A DNA stretch of 20,000 bases from an uncultured virus (IMG/VR IMGVR_UViG_3300028644_000008) (lineage: Duplodnaviria; Heunggongvirae; Uroviricota; Caudoviricetes), in the IMG/VR virus record IMGVR_UViG_3300028644_000008; one strand, given 5' to 3'. Of this stretch, positions 1 through 8,263 are shown one piece after another (position 1 is the stretch's first letter; each line of letters begins with the position of its first letter). The notes under the pieces were generated by a model. It made no database searches, was not told the origin of the DNA, and was given only the letters and a program-made list of their open reading frames with translations. The position numbers were made by a program, and so were the translations under genes.

Positions 1-99
1 CGTGTCCAGCTCCTGCGGCAGCACCCTGGAGAGCTCCCGCCGCGTGGCGTCGGGCGAGCCCCGATAGGTGATCCGGCCGGAGATCCGCGGCACGCCCAC
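1..99 (-). CDS. 5' part of a probable virion morphogenesis protein (runs off the window)
   Basis: GTG at 99 (or 93) just after the TGA at 102-104. Frame is open to position 1: (M)GVPRISGRITYRGSPDATRRELSRVLPQELDT. Function inferred from position only. Confidence 0.5.
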   Translation of the reverse strand, partial: MGVPRISGRITYRGSPDATRRELSRVLPQELDT

Positions 100-101
100 G
101 G

Positions 102-986
102 TCAGATTCCCCACTCGACGGTGAAGACGGCCTGGAAGTAGACACCCTCGGTCTGCTTGACCTTCTTGGCGCTTCGCGCCGGACCATCCGCGAGGGAGAT
201 GCGGTTGACGCAGAGATACGATCCGGAACCGGCCAGGGCGAGCATCTCGTCGACCACCTTGCCCACGCGGTTCATGAACCAATCCTGGGCCTGGTCGTGT
301 TTGTCGTCGGCCTGCAGCTCCTGGGGGATCTCCGCCTCGACCATCCAAAGGATGTCGCCGGAGCCCTCGAAGTGGTTCCGGCTGCCGCCGGCCACCTTCA
401 GGCGGTCCCACTTGGAGCCCTGGTCGACCAGGCTGAAGGGGCGCTTGTTGGCGATCTCCGAGCCAAGTCCCGGTACCGCTACCTTGTAGATGTGGTCCTT
501 GGCCTCCGCCGGATCCGCAGCACCGCACCAGCCCTGCCAGGTGGCCGACTGGGCCTGGAGTTCGCGGAAGTACTCCGCAGGCAGGGCCAGAGATCCTTCC
601 GGGGTCGTCGTGCCAGCAGTCGGCGTGCCGAAGGCCTCGGCGCTCGGCAGCGACCACAGGCCGCCGACCTTGGCCACAACGACCACCCCGTAGCTCGCGC
701 CGTCGTTGACCAGGCCAGTAATGGCCAGGGCGCCCGTCCCGATGCGCTTGAAACTGTCGTTCGGTTCCGTGAAGGTCCCGGATCCCGTCCGCCAGAGCGG
801 ATAGAGGACATCGCCTGGTGCCGCGGCAGTAAGGTGCAGGACCAGCTGGCCGTCGCCCGGCGTAGGGTCGGCCGAGTGCGAGGGGCGGCCGGGAGGAGTG
901 CCGCCGCCGGTCTGCAACTCGGCGATCGCCGCGTCCTTGAACCGCCAGGACGGCTGCGAGGCCTGGGCGCGCCAATGGTAGGCCAT
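102..986 (-). CDS. Structural protein: FN3-like N-terminal region fused to a putative tail-completion/terminator-like domain (294 aa)
   Basis: True start MAYHWRAQ at 986 overlaps the upstream stop (TGATG) and follows GGAGG. The segment PTPGDGQLVL...ITGLVNDGASYGVVVVAK...SLPS resembles FN3. C-terminal domain assignment is inferred from position. Confidence 0.6.
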   Translation of the reverse strand: MAYHWRAQASQPSWRFKDAAIAELQTGGGTPPGRPSHSADPTPGDGQLVLHLTAAAPGDVLYPLWRTGSGTFTEPNDSFKRIGTGALAITGLVNDGASYGVVVVAKVGGLWSLPSAEAFGTPTAGTTTPEGSLALPAEYFRELQAQSATWQGWCGAADPAEAKDHIYKVAVPGLGSEIANKRPFSLVDQGSKWDRLKVAGGSRNHFEGSGDILWMVEAEIPQELQADDKHDQAQDWFMNRVGKVVDEMLALAGSGSYLCVNRISLADGPARSAKKVKQTEGVYFQAVFTVEWGI

Positions 987-1696
987 CAGACGGCCTCCAC
1001 CATGGAATCGAGCTTGTCGGTGGTGGCCTTGATGCCGGACACGTTCGTGCCGACGGCACCGGCGGCGATCGCGGCGTTGCAGGCTGCGGCTATCGCGGCG
1101 ATGGTCGCCGTGGCATCGCCCTCGTTGACCAGGAACTCCTCCACCTTGGCGGCGATCGCGGCGAGCAGAGCGGTGGCGTCGCCCTCGTCCAGGACCATCG
1201 CTTCGACCTTGGCGCCGATCGCAGCAAGCGCCGTGGCGTTGGGGGCGCTGACCAGGTCCATCTGAGAGCCGGCGGCCGCCGGGCTCGCCGGGAGGTTGTC
1301 GGTCTTGGCCTTGATGGCGTCGTCCACGACCTTGACCGCCGCCACATCCGCCGACACGCTCGCCCCCGCCGGGGCGCCCAGGCGCGTGTACATCTCGTCG
1401 ACGGTCTGCCAGTGGATCTCGCGGCGGTCGACCGGGACGGTCTCGGCGACGGCGTCGGCGTCGGTGATGGCGGCGACAGCCTCCAGGATGTCCTTGTCGA
1501 ACCAGGCGTCTGCGGCGATGGTCGCCGTCCACTTGTAGAGGCCGGTGGCCACCTTCGAGACGGTGACGCTGTCGGCGGTCGCCGTGCCGTTCTTGTAGAG
1601 CGTGACCGTCGGCGTGCTGCCGGCGTCGGCCTGCAGGCCGGTCGACTTGCGGAAGGTCTGGAAGAAGCCCCAGACGGCCTTGGTTGCGGCTGGCAT
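986..1696 (-). CDS. Putative virion structural/fibre protein (236 aa)
   Basis: Preceded by AGGAG. Beta-rich Ig-like N-terminus (TPTVTLYKNG...VATGLYKWT), Ala-rich helical C-terminus with internal repeats (AIKAKTDNL/GIKATTDKL; EGDATA twice). Confidence 0.65.
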   Translation of the reverse strand: MPAATKAVWGFFQTFRKSTGLQADAGSTPTVTLYKNGTATADSVTVSKVATGLYKWTATIAADAWFDKDILEAVAAITDADAVAETVPVDRREIHWQTVDEMYTRLGAPAGASVSADVAAVKVVDDAIKAKTDNLPASPAAAGSQMDLVSAPNATALAAIGAKVEAMVLDEGDATALLAAIAAKVEEFLVNEGDATATIAAIAAACNAAIAAGAVGTNVSGIKATTDKLDSMVEAV

Positions 1697-1697
1697 G

Positions 1698-4112
1698 TCA
1701 GTTCGCTCCTGTCAGGGTCACGGCGCGCGAGAGTCGCGAGGTCGAAACACCGCCACCGCCACCGCCGTTGGGCGTGGCGCTAACAGTCCCGGAGGCCGGC
1801 CCGAAGAGCACGCCGTCGCGGGTGAACTTGGCGTACATGCCGCTGTAGGTCGTGCCCTTCACGAACCCTCCAATCCTCAGTGTGTTCGCCGGCTTGTCGT
1901 AGAGCGCGGCCTCGTAGACGGCGCGGGAGCACCGGCCGATCTCGACGTCGCTGGAGTTGTAGACGACCAGGAAGTCGCCGGCGGCGATGTCGCTGATGTT
2001 CGACACCGTGAAGTCAACCGCGTCGCCCGTGCCGGCGTCGGCCGCGGCGAAGGTGGCGGGGGTGGCCGACGCGAACGGCGTGGCCGCATATTCCCAGGTG
2101 TCCTGGTTGAGGTAGATGTACTCCTTGAAGTTCGGACCTGAGAAGGCCGTTGCACCAACCGGGACCGTCAACCCGTGCAGCCGCCATCTGAACCCGGCGA
2201 TGGAATTGGTGAGTCCGCTCCATACGGCCCCACTAGAGCCGGTACACTGTAGGCGCAACCATACCAACGTCAGGTCGGAGTTGGTTGTTGTCTGAAACAT
2301 GGCTTGGTTAGCGCCAACGTAGGGATTGATAGTAGCGTCGGAAATGGTGGCAGTCGTAAGGGTTGTCTTGTCAGAGGAGGCGCAGAACATCGGCCCGGAT
2401 GCGGCAATGCCGTTGTGCATGAAAGTCAACGTGAAATAGGTACCCTGGACACTGCCGTAGCCGTTATATAGGGTCCATCGATAGCTGGCGTTGTTGCTAT
2501 TGGTGGAGTTGGTGCATGTGATCGGGCTGGCCGCTGTGCCATTGAACGTCAGCCGACACGACTTGCTCGACGTGTCGGCCGAGGTCGGGTTCATATACCA
2601 GCCCTGCTGGCTTGTGGATGCGGCGCCTGTCCATGTAGCCGTTACTCCCGCATTGAGAACCTCGTAGCCATAGCGGTAGAGAGCGGCCTGGGCGCCGAAG
2701 GCTGGAGTGTTCATGGCGCTGCCCTGGACGGTATCTCCGAATCGAATCCCGGCCAGTTGGTGGTCGCCATTTCGTGTCAACGTGGCGCCCATGGTTATCG
2801 TGCATACATCCGAAGAGTGCACCGCAGCCCCCTTCGGGCCAGACGCTCCAAACAAATCAGCAGAGTTGGCATCCACGCGAGCGATATAGAATCCACCGTT
2901 TGAATCGTCTGCGACAGCGAATTGCAGGTCCGCAGCGGGCGCGTCAGTCCAAGCACCGGCAGCATACGTGGCGGCATTGCCTCCAGCGTATGTTCCCGCC
3001 GCATTCCCGCGGAACTGGATTCCACCGGTAGTCACCGTGCCGTCCAACCACCACACAATGTTATAGGCCGTGGCCCCGGCGAGAGCCGCTTGAATCCCGA
3101 TCCAAGTGTACTTGTTCGACGACAACCACAGTTCAGCTACTGATATCCGGCCCGAAGCCAATAGGCTCCCGGACCCGATAGTGGACCCCTCGCGCAACTC
3201 GCAGACCAACTCGCCGCTGGGCGTCGAGGAGTCGTTATGATAGACCAAGGCCCCGATGGACCGGACATTGAACGCCCCCACGGTCGTAAAGCTCTGGCCA
3301 ACCTTCGTCGTGGCTGTAACCTGATACGTACCGCTACCCGCGCCATAGTACACCTGTACCGCCCCGACATAGGCGTTATTTGGTGACCACCCACTGACCT
3401 TGGCGTGACCGCACTCCTTGTAGGGGTCGTTCTTGGCGACCTCCTCCACGGTCTTGAGTTGCGGCTGTCGGTCCTGGATCAGGACCTCGTAGCCGTCCTC
3501 CAGGTGCTGCTCGCAGATCTTCGGCACCGGAACCGGGCACAGCTCCAGGAAGGCGTCGGCCAGTTTCTTGGCGGTCAAGAGCTTGCCGTCGAGGCCGAGC
3601 ACGGGTGCCCCATCGCGGAAGGCCTCGCCCCAGGGCATGACCGCCTTGACCGCGTTGAGGTCGGCAGCCGCCTGGAACTTCTTGAGGCTGGTCGAATCCT
3701 TGTGCTGGTCGATGTAGTAGCGCAGCGCCTGGAAGTCGTCGTAGGTCAGCGTTGCAACGCAATGGTTCTTGACCAGGTGCGCGTTGAGGCGGAACGGGCG
3801 ATAGGCTTCCGCGTCGCGCTCCACGCCCTTGAACGCGCCCACCGTCCAGTTGCCAATGGCGTTGACGGGGATGCCCTCGGAGTCGATGTTCACGGCCTTC
3901 ACGCCGTCCAGGGCCTCGGTGGTCTCGATCACATCCTCGTAGACATTGTGGCGACGCCAGAGGGCCTTCTCGACCGCCGGGGATACGGGCAGTCCGGGAC
4001 GGTCCTTGTCCCACTCGCTGACGCGGTAGTAGTGCCCGCCGACGGGCTTCGGCTCTACCTCGCCGATCGGCTCGATGCCGATGCCGCCGCCGTCGATGAG
4101 CGTGCCGGGCAT
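1698..4112 (-). CDS. Large beta-rich putative virion adhesin/receptor-binding protein (804 aa)
   Basis: GGAGGA RBS before ATG 4112. Gly/Ser/Thr/Asn/aromatic-rich central domains; located in the structural operon. Function is inferred. Confidence 0.7.
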   Translation of the reverse strand: MPGTLIDGGGIGIEPIGEVEPKPVGGHYYRVSEWDKDRPGLPVSPAVEKALWRRHNVYEDVIETTEALDGVKAVNIDSEGIPVNAIGNWTVGAFKGVERDAEAYRPFRLNAHLVKNHCVATLTYDDFQALRYYIDQHKDSTSLKKFQAAADLNAVKAVMPWGEAFRDGAPVLGLDGKLLTAKKLADAFLELCPVPVPKICEQHLEDGYEVLIQDRQPQLKTVEEVAKNDPYKECGHAKVSGWSPNNAYVGAVQVYYGAGSGTYQVTATTKVGQSFTTVGAFNVRSIGALVYHNDSSTPSGELVCELREGSTIGSGSLLASGRISVAELWLSSNKYTWIGIQAALAGATAYNIVWWLDGTVTTGGIQFRGNAAGTYAGGNAATYAAGAWTDAPAADLQFAVADDSNGGFYIARVDANSADLFGASGPKGAAVHSSDVCTITMGATLTRNGDHQLAGIRFGDTVQGSAMNTPAFGAQAALYRYGYEVLNAGVTATWTGAASTSQQGWYMNPTSADTSSKSCRLTFNGTAASPITCTNSTNSNNASYRWTLYNGYGSVQGTYFTLTFMHNGIAASGPMFCASSDKTTLTTATISDATINPYVGANQAMFQTTTNSDLTLVWLRLQCTGSSGAVWSGLTNSIAGFRWRLHGLTVPVGATAFSGPNFKEYIYLNQDTWEYAATPFASATPATFAAADAGTGDAVDFTVSNISDIAAGDFLVVYNSSDVEIGRCSRAVYEAALYDKPANTLRIGGFVKGTTYSGMYAKFTRDGVLFGPASGTVSATPNGGGGGGVSTSRLSRAVTLTGAN

Positions 4113-4115
4113 GGG

Positions 4116-4211
4116 TCAGTCCTCCCGGATCCGCCGGAGCCAGGCGCGGACGCCCCAGCCGATCATGGCCAGTCCGGCCAGGAGCATGAGCAGGCCGAGG
4201 ATGGCGTGCAT
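4116..4211 (-). CDS. 31-aa single-pass membrane protein (not in the ORF track)
   Basis: MHAILGLLMLLAGLAMIGWGVRAWLRRIRED*. ATG overlaps the upstream stop (TGATG), GGAGG upstream, and it fills the gap to the next gene exactly. Confidence 0.7.
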   Translation of the reverse strand: MHAILGLLMLLAGLAMIGWGVRAWLRRIRED

Positions 4212-4462
4212 CAGCCCTTGCCTCCGCCGAAGAGCCGGTCGCCGAAGATGGCGAGGCCCGCGCCGATCGTGGCGCTCACCGCGGCCCAGTGCAGCCGCCA
4301 GCGCTCCAGCCGCCCGAGCCGGCGATGGTGCTCGGCGCAGCGGCGCCGGCGGGCCAGGTGGTCCTTGACCACGAACTCCCGGAAGAGCTTGTCCGAGGCC
4401 ACGACCTTCTCGAGGAAGGCCTGGTCCTCCGGGGTCACGTCGTCCATCTCTTCGAGTGGCAC
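4211..4462 (-). CDS. Small membrane protein with C-terminal TM helix (holin-like candidate)
   Basis: 83 aa from GTG 4462 (alternative ATG 4447). Charged helical N-terminus, then WRLHWAAVSATIGAGLAIFG. Confidence 0.6.
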   Translation of the reverse strand: MPLEEMDDVTPEDQAFLEKVVASDKLFREFVVKDHLARRRRCAEHHRRLGRLERWRLHWAAVSATIGAGLAIFGDRLFGGGKG

Positions 4463-4472
4463 GGGCGAGGCC

Positions 4473-5201
4473 TCAGATCTGCCCGGCCTGCGCCATCCGG
4501 CGCAGCTCGTCGTAGTCGGCCTTGGTGGCCAGCTCGTCGGCCTGCTGCTCGCGCAGGAGCAGCTCCTGCTTGAGCTGGGCCAGCGGCGGCTCCACCGCCC
4601 CGACGCCTTCCTTGGCGTAGGCCGCGCCGGGCGCGGATTCCTTCGGCGCCAGGCCGTCGAGCGTCCGCGAGAGGCTGCCGGCGATCTCCGTGGTGGTGGC
4701 CAGCTTGGTTTGGGCCCCGGCCAGCTGCCCCTTCAGGGCGCCGGCCACGGGCACCAGGAAACTCAGTTGCGGGACGAACGTGCCCAGGAGCTGCGCCAAA
4801 GTCAGGCCCGCGGGGATTGCGTAGGCGTACCAGGGGGCGCCGCCCTTCTGCATGTCCTGAATGGTCGCCCTGGTGCTATCGACCACGGCGAGCGCGTCGG
4901 CGAGTCTCTGTTGGGTAGCCGTCATATTGGCCATGATCTCGTCGGCGAGCTTCAGCCCGGAGGCGAGCGGCACCTTGCCGGCCTTGACGTCGGCCACCAC
5001 GGCGGCCATGTCGCCGCGGTACTTCTCCAGCTCGGTCTTGAGCTGGAGCACCGTGGCCTGGCCGCGGTCGAGGTTCGACTGCAGCGTCACGATCTGCGCC
5101 TTGGTCTCGGGCGTCAGGCAGCCGATCTGGGCGATGGCCAGGACGGCCCCCAGGGCCAGGGCGAGGAAAGCGGCGGAGGTCTTCAGCTTGGCAACGGTCA
5201 T
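4473..5201 (-). CDS. Putative lipoprotein with coiled coil and internal TM segment (spanin-like candidate, 242 aa)
   Basis: GAGGAG RBS. Signal peptide MTVAKLKTSAAFLALALGAVLAIAQIG-C, heptad-like helical region, hydrophobic WYAYAIPAGLTLAQLLGTFVPQLSFLVPVAGAL. Confidence 0.7.
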   Translation of the reverse strand: MTVAKLKTSAAFLALALGAVLAIAQIGCLTPETKAQIVTLQSNLDRGQATVLQLKTELEKYRGDMAAVVADVKAGKVPLASGLKLADEIMANMTATQQRLADALAVVDSTRATIQDMQKGGAPWYAYAIPAGLTLAQLLGTFVPQLSFLVPVAGALKGQLAGAQTKLATTTEIAGSLSRTLDGLAPKESAPGAAYAKEGVGAVEPPLAQLKQELLLREQQADELATKADYDELRRMAQAGQI

Positions 5202-5205
5202 GGCA

Positions 5206-5601
5206 TCATCTCCTCAATCGGTAGTTCTCGTGACTCTTCTCGTCGGGGTTGGACCGGACCACGGTCAGCTCGTAGCACTCGCCGGGCAGCGGGAGCACGC
5301 GCTCCACCGTCCAGGCCTCGCCGGCGCGGGTCACCGTGCCGTTGACGGCCGGGGCGGCCGCGGTGAAGTAGCTCGCGCGCACCTGGACGGTGACGCGGTC
5401 CTGGATGACCAGGCCGTCGCGGCCGGGCTGTTCGGCCTGCTCCTCGGGAGTCCAGATGGCCTCGGCCACGTCCACGGCCGCGCCGCCCTCGGGGGCGGTG
5501 TAGGCCAGCGCCACCGACTGGCCGGTCGGCGCGCCGCCCAGCACGGACTGGAGCAGCTCGCGCCCGGTCGCCGCGAAGTGGCTGTCGAAGAGGCCGCTCA
5601 T
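5206..5601 (-). CDS. Head closure/head-tail adaptor (lambda gpFII-like, 131 aa)
   Basis: First gene after the capsid gene. Size and C-terminal pattern (PAVNGTVTRAGEAWTVERV) fit head-closure beta-barrels. Confidence 0.65.
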   Translation of the reverse strand: MSGLFDSHFAATGRELLQSVLGGAPTGQSVALAYTAPEGGAAVDVAEAIWTPEEQAEQPGRDGLVIQDRVTVQVRASYFTAAAPAVNGTVTRAGEAWTVERVLPLPGECYELTVVRSNPDEKSHENYRLRR

Positions 5602-5609
5602 GGGAGCCT

Positions 5610-5641
5610 TTCACCGCAGAGGACGCAGAGTAACGCGGAGG
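5610..5641. repeat. Solo arm of the 9-bp-periodic palindromic repeat family
   Basis: TTCACCGCAGAGGACGCAGAGTAACGCGGAGG, 30/32 identical to 14672-14703. Confidence 0.9.
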
Positions 5642-5655
5642 GCAACAATGCGGCA

Positions 5656-5683
5656 GGGAGGGCGGGGTTTCCCCCGCCCTCCC
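5656..5683 (-). terminator. 12-bp GC stem with GAAA tetraloop downstream of the major capsid gene (stabiliser or weak terminator; no U-tract)
   Basis: Minus strand GGGAGGGCGGGG-GAAA-CCCCGCCCTCCC, 14 nt after the capsid stop codon. Confidence 0.6.
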
Positions 5684-5697
5684 GTCGCTGGTCGGGA

Positions 5698-6669
5698 CTA
5701 GGCCTTGGTCAGGACCGTGGTGAGGACGTAGCCGCAGCTGGCCGCGCGGATGACCGGCTTGGCCTGCCGGCGCACGCGGATGACCCAGCAGCGCTTTTCC
5801 TCGCTCCAGTACTCCTCGACCCTCCACTCGTACTCCGAGCCGTCGCCGGCCCAGTGGAGGTTCATGCCCACGGTCAGGTTGTCGAGCCGCGGGGCCGGGG
5901 CGACGTAGCCCACGAACACCTTGTCGGTGTCCCAGATGCTCGCGAGGCTCCCGGTCTGGCCCTCCTTCGCGCTGTTGTAGCGCGCGGACGCGACCACGAC
6001 CTCGTCGACGTCCAGGATGGACGCCGCCACCTGGCGGCTGATCTTCTTGGGGTCGCCCGAGCTGACCGAGCCGATGCGGTCCAGGACCTCGTCGCAGACC
6101 CGGAAGGCCTCCCAGGTCGCGTCGGCCATGATGACCTTGTTGGCCGGCATGCCACAGGCGTCGAGCACGGCGGCCTTGGCGACGTTGATGTCGCTGGTCG
6201 GCGTCGCGGTGGCCTTGGTGCCCCACTTGACGCCGGCGATGGCCGTGTCCGGGAACGTGGCGGTGCTCTGCATGAGGCCGGCCACCACGATCTCGTGCTC
6301 CTGGGTCACCTGGGCCAGGGCGATGTCGGCCGCCTCGCGCCGGGCGTTGAAGTAGCCCTCGAGCTGCTTCTCCTTGTTGGCGTCGATCGGCACCTCGAAG
6401 CCGCGCTCCTCGGTGTCGAAGGTCGTCTCGGTGACCTTGAACGACCCGCGGCGGTAGCCGCCGTCCGGCGCGCGCAGGGTCTCGATGCGCTTCAGGACCT
6501 CCTCGCGGGAGATCTTCTTGTAGCTGCCGCTGGCGGTCGGCACGTCGCAGCGCGGGAGGGCCAGGTCCGCGACGTACAGCTGCTTGACCTTGTTGACGTC
6601 CCACTCCCGGTAGACCGCATCGCGGACGTCCGGGCGGGTCACTGCGGAACTCACGTTGGGGCTGCCCAT
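5698..6669 (-). CDS. Major capsid protein (lambda gpE-like family, 323 aa)
   Basis: Strong RBS TAAGGAG. Follows protease and decoration genes. Motifs YVADLALPRCDVP, W...ATPTSDI and GMPANKVIMADATWEAF are typical of this capsid group. Confidence 0.88.
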   Translation of the reverse strand: MGSPNVSSAVTRPDVRDAVYREWDVNKVKQLYVADLALPRCDVPTASGSYKKISREEVLKRIETLRAPDGGYRRGSFKVTETTFDTEERGFEVPIDANKEKQLEGYFNARREAADIALAQVTQEHEIVVAGLMQSTATFPDTAIAGVKWGTKATATPTSDINVAKAAVLDACGMPANKVIMADATWEAFRVCDEVLDRIGSVSSGDPKKISRQVAASILDVDEVVVASARYNSAKEGQTGSLASIWDTDKVFVGYVAPAPRLDNLTVGMNLHWAGDGSEYEWRVEEYWSEEKRCWVIRVRRQAKPVIRAASCGYVLTTVLTKA

Positions 6670-6726
6670 CTCAGTGTCTCCTTATCAGGTCGCTCTAGGC
6701 GACGCCTTTCTTGTCGCCCAGTCCGA

Positions 6727-7572
6727 CTAGGACTTGGGCAGGACCTCCACGATGAGGTTGTCGAGCTGGACCTCGTTGTCCGCGTGGGCCGCGCTCCAGG
6801 TGGCCTTCACGGTGATGGGCACGTCGCCGGAGAGGTCCTCGGCCGCGTCGGCCTTGGCGAAGGGCTTGGCGGTGACGGTGCCCGGCACGCCGAGCGCCAC
6901 CAGGCCGCAGCCCGCCACGTGGCCGCCCGCGCCGGCGATCCTGACCACCACGTCGGCGTCGATGAGGAAGATGTCCCCGTCGGCCACGTCGACCGCGCCG
7001 GTGGAGACGATCTCCTCGGTGCCGACGTAGAGCTTCACGGTCAGCGTGTCGGCGGCGTTGTTGTCGTTGACCAGGCCCTGCGCCCGGATCCGGATCACGT
7101 CGCCGGCCGAGAGGTCGGCGCCCACCAGGGTCTTCGAGGCCGCGAAGGCCGTCTCGACCACGGTGTTCTCGACCTCGGCGGTCGAGGCCGTGTTGGAGTA
7201 CTTCAGGTCCACCTTCTCGATGTTGGGGAGGACCTCGATGATGTCCCCGTCGGCGGTGGCCGCCTCGAAGGACTGGCCCACGCGCACGCCGCTCTTGGTG
7301 GCGCTGACCTTGCCGTCGGCGGCCGAGTAGACGTCGGAGCGCGCGGCGATGACGCCGGCGGCGGTCACCCGGATGGTCCCGGGCTTGTTCTGGAGGAGCG
7401 CGCCGGCGACCGGGAAGCCGCTGGCGACGTAGTCCTCGGTCACCGCGAGCGGGGTCTCCCCGGCGTCGCAGTAGACGAACTCGTTGCTGGTGTCGTGACG
7501 CACCAGGCGGAAGGCCTCCAGGTTCTCGGCCGCCTCGCGGCTCAGGAAGGGGGTGTCGATCTGCTGGGTCAT
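6727..7572 (-). CDS. Capsid decoration/cement protein (DUF2190-like N-domain plus extra C-terminal beta domain, 281 aa)
   Basis: Lies between protease and capsid genes. N-domain pattern AAENLEAFRLV...GVIAARSDVYSAADGKV...VGQSFEAATADGDIIEV. Confidence 0.75.
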   Translation of the reverse strand: MTQQIDTPFLSREAAENLEAFRLVRHDTSNEFVYCDAGETPLAVTEDYVASGFPVAGALLQNKPGTIRVTAAGVIAARSDVYSAADGKVSATKSGVRVGQSFEAATADGDIIEVLPNIEKVDLKYSNTASTAEVENTVVETAFAASKTLVGADLSAGDVIRIRAQGLVNDNNAADTLTVKLYVGTEEIVSTGAVDVADGDIFLIDADVVVRIAGAGGHVAGCGLVALGVPGTVTAKPFAKADAAEDLSGDVPITVKATWSAAHADNEVQLDNLIVEVLPKS

Positions 7573-7642
7573 GGCGTCAACCTTTCATTCTCGTTTCGTT
7601 CAGGCCGGGAACTCCCGTCCCGGGCCCCAAGGGTTCGACCGG

Positions 7643-8263
7643 CTACTTCTTCCCGGCGTCGCCCTCCTTCCCGGCCTCGGCCGGCTTGGCCGCGGCCGCC
7701 GCGGCCGGGGCGCTCGCCTGGGCGCCGGCGTTGACCGCCGCCAGGTAGGCCGCCGAGACCTCGGGGAACTTGTTGGCGATGGTCTCCTCGGGCCGGACGT
7801 CGCCGGCCTTCAAGAGCTCCTCGCGCTTGGCGTTGTAGGCCGCCACCGCGCCCGCGGCCTCGGCCGACGCCGGCTTCTGCTCGAGGGGCTTGTGCCCCAC
7901 CTGGGAGGCCAGCGCCTTCAGGTCCGCGATCTCCTTGTCCTTGGCGGCCAGCTCCTCCTTGTGCTTGGCCTCGGCCGCGGCCGAGTCGCCCTGGGCCTTG
8001 GCCAGCTGACCCTCCAGGTCCTTGATCCGGGCCTGGGCGTCCTTGAGCTGCTCGGGGGCCTTGGCCGCGAGCTCGCCCTTGGCCTGCTCGGGCGAGAGCC
8101 CGCGCTTCCAGGCATCCCGCGCGAACGCCAGGTCCGCCGGGAACGCCGCTTCCATGGCCTCGAGCTGCTTGGCAGCCTCGATGGCCACGGGGGCCTCGCC
8201 CGCCGAGCTCTGACTGCCCGGCGCCGGCGAGGCCGCGGCGGTGCCGCTCCTCTGTCCACTCAT
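7643..8263 (-). CDS. Putative nested in-frame scaffolding protein (lambda Nu3-like, 206 aa)
   Basis: In-frame ATG at 8263 (MSGQRSG) directly after the protease domain, preceded by AAGGGAGACGGAAGC. Confidence 0.55.
   Translation of the reverse strand: MSGQRSGTAAASPAPGSQSSAGEAPVAIEAAKQLEAMEAAFPADLAFARDAWKRGLSPEQAKGELAAKAPEQLKDAQARIKDLEGQLAKAQGDSAAAEAKHKEELAAKDKEIADLKALASQVGHKPLEQKPASAEAAGAVAAYNAKREELLKAGDVRPEETIANKFPEVSAAYLAAVNAGAQASAPAAAAAAKPAEAGKEGDAGKK

Noticed and set aside
2130..3390. Diversity-generating retroelement variable region
   Set aside because: No template repeat or reverse transcriptase in the window, and the region is far longer than a typical variable repeat.
6685..6720. GGCGAC/GTCGCC hairpin before the capsid RBS
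   Set aside because: A 6-bp stem in GC-rich DNA with no U-tract is too weak to call.
7600..7643. tRNA-like GGTTCGA motif in the protease/decoration gap
   Set aside because: No T-stem pairing or cloverleaf. Only a small hairpin is present.
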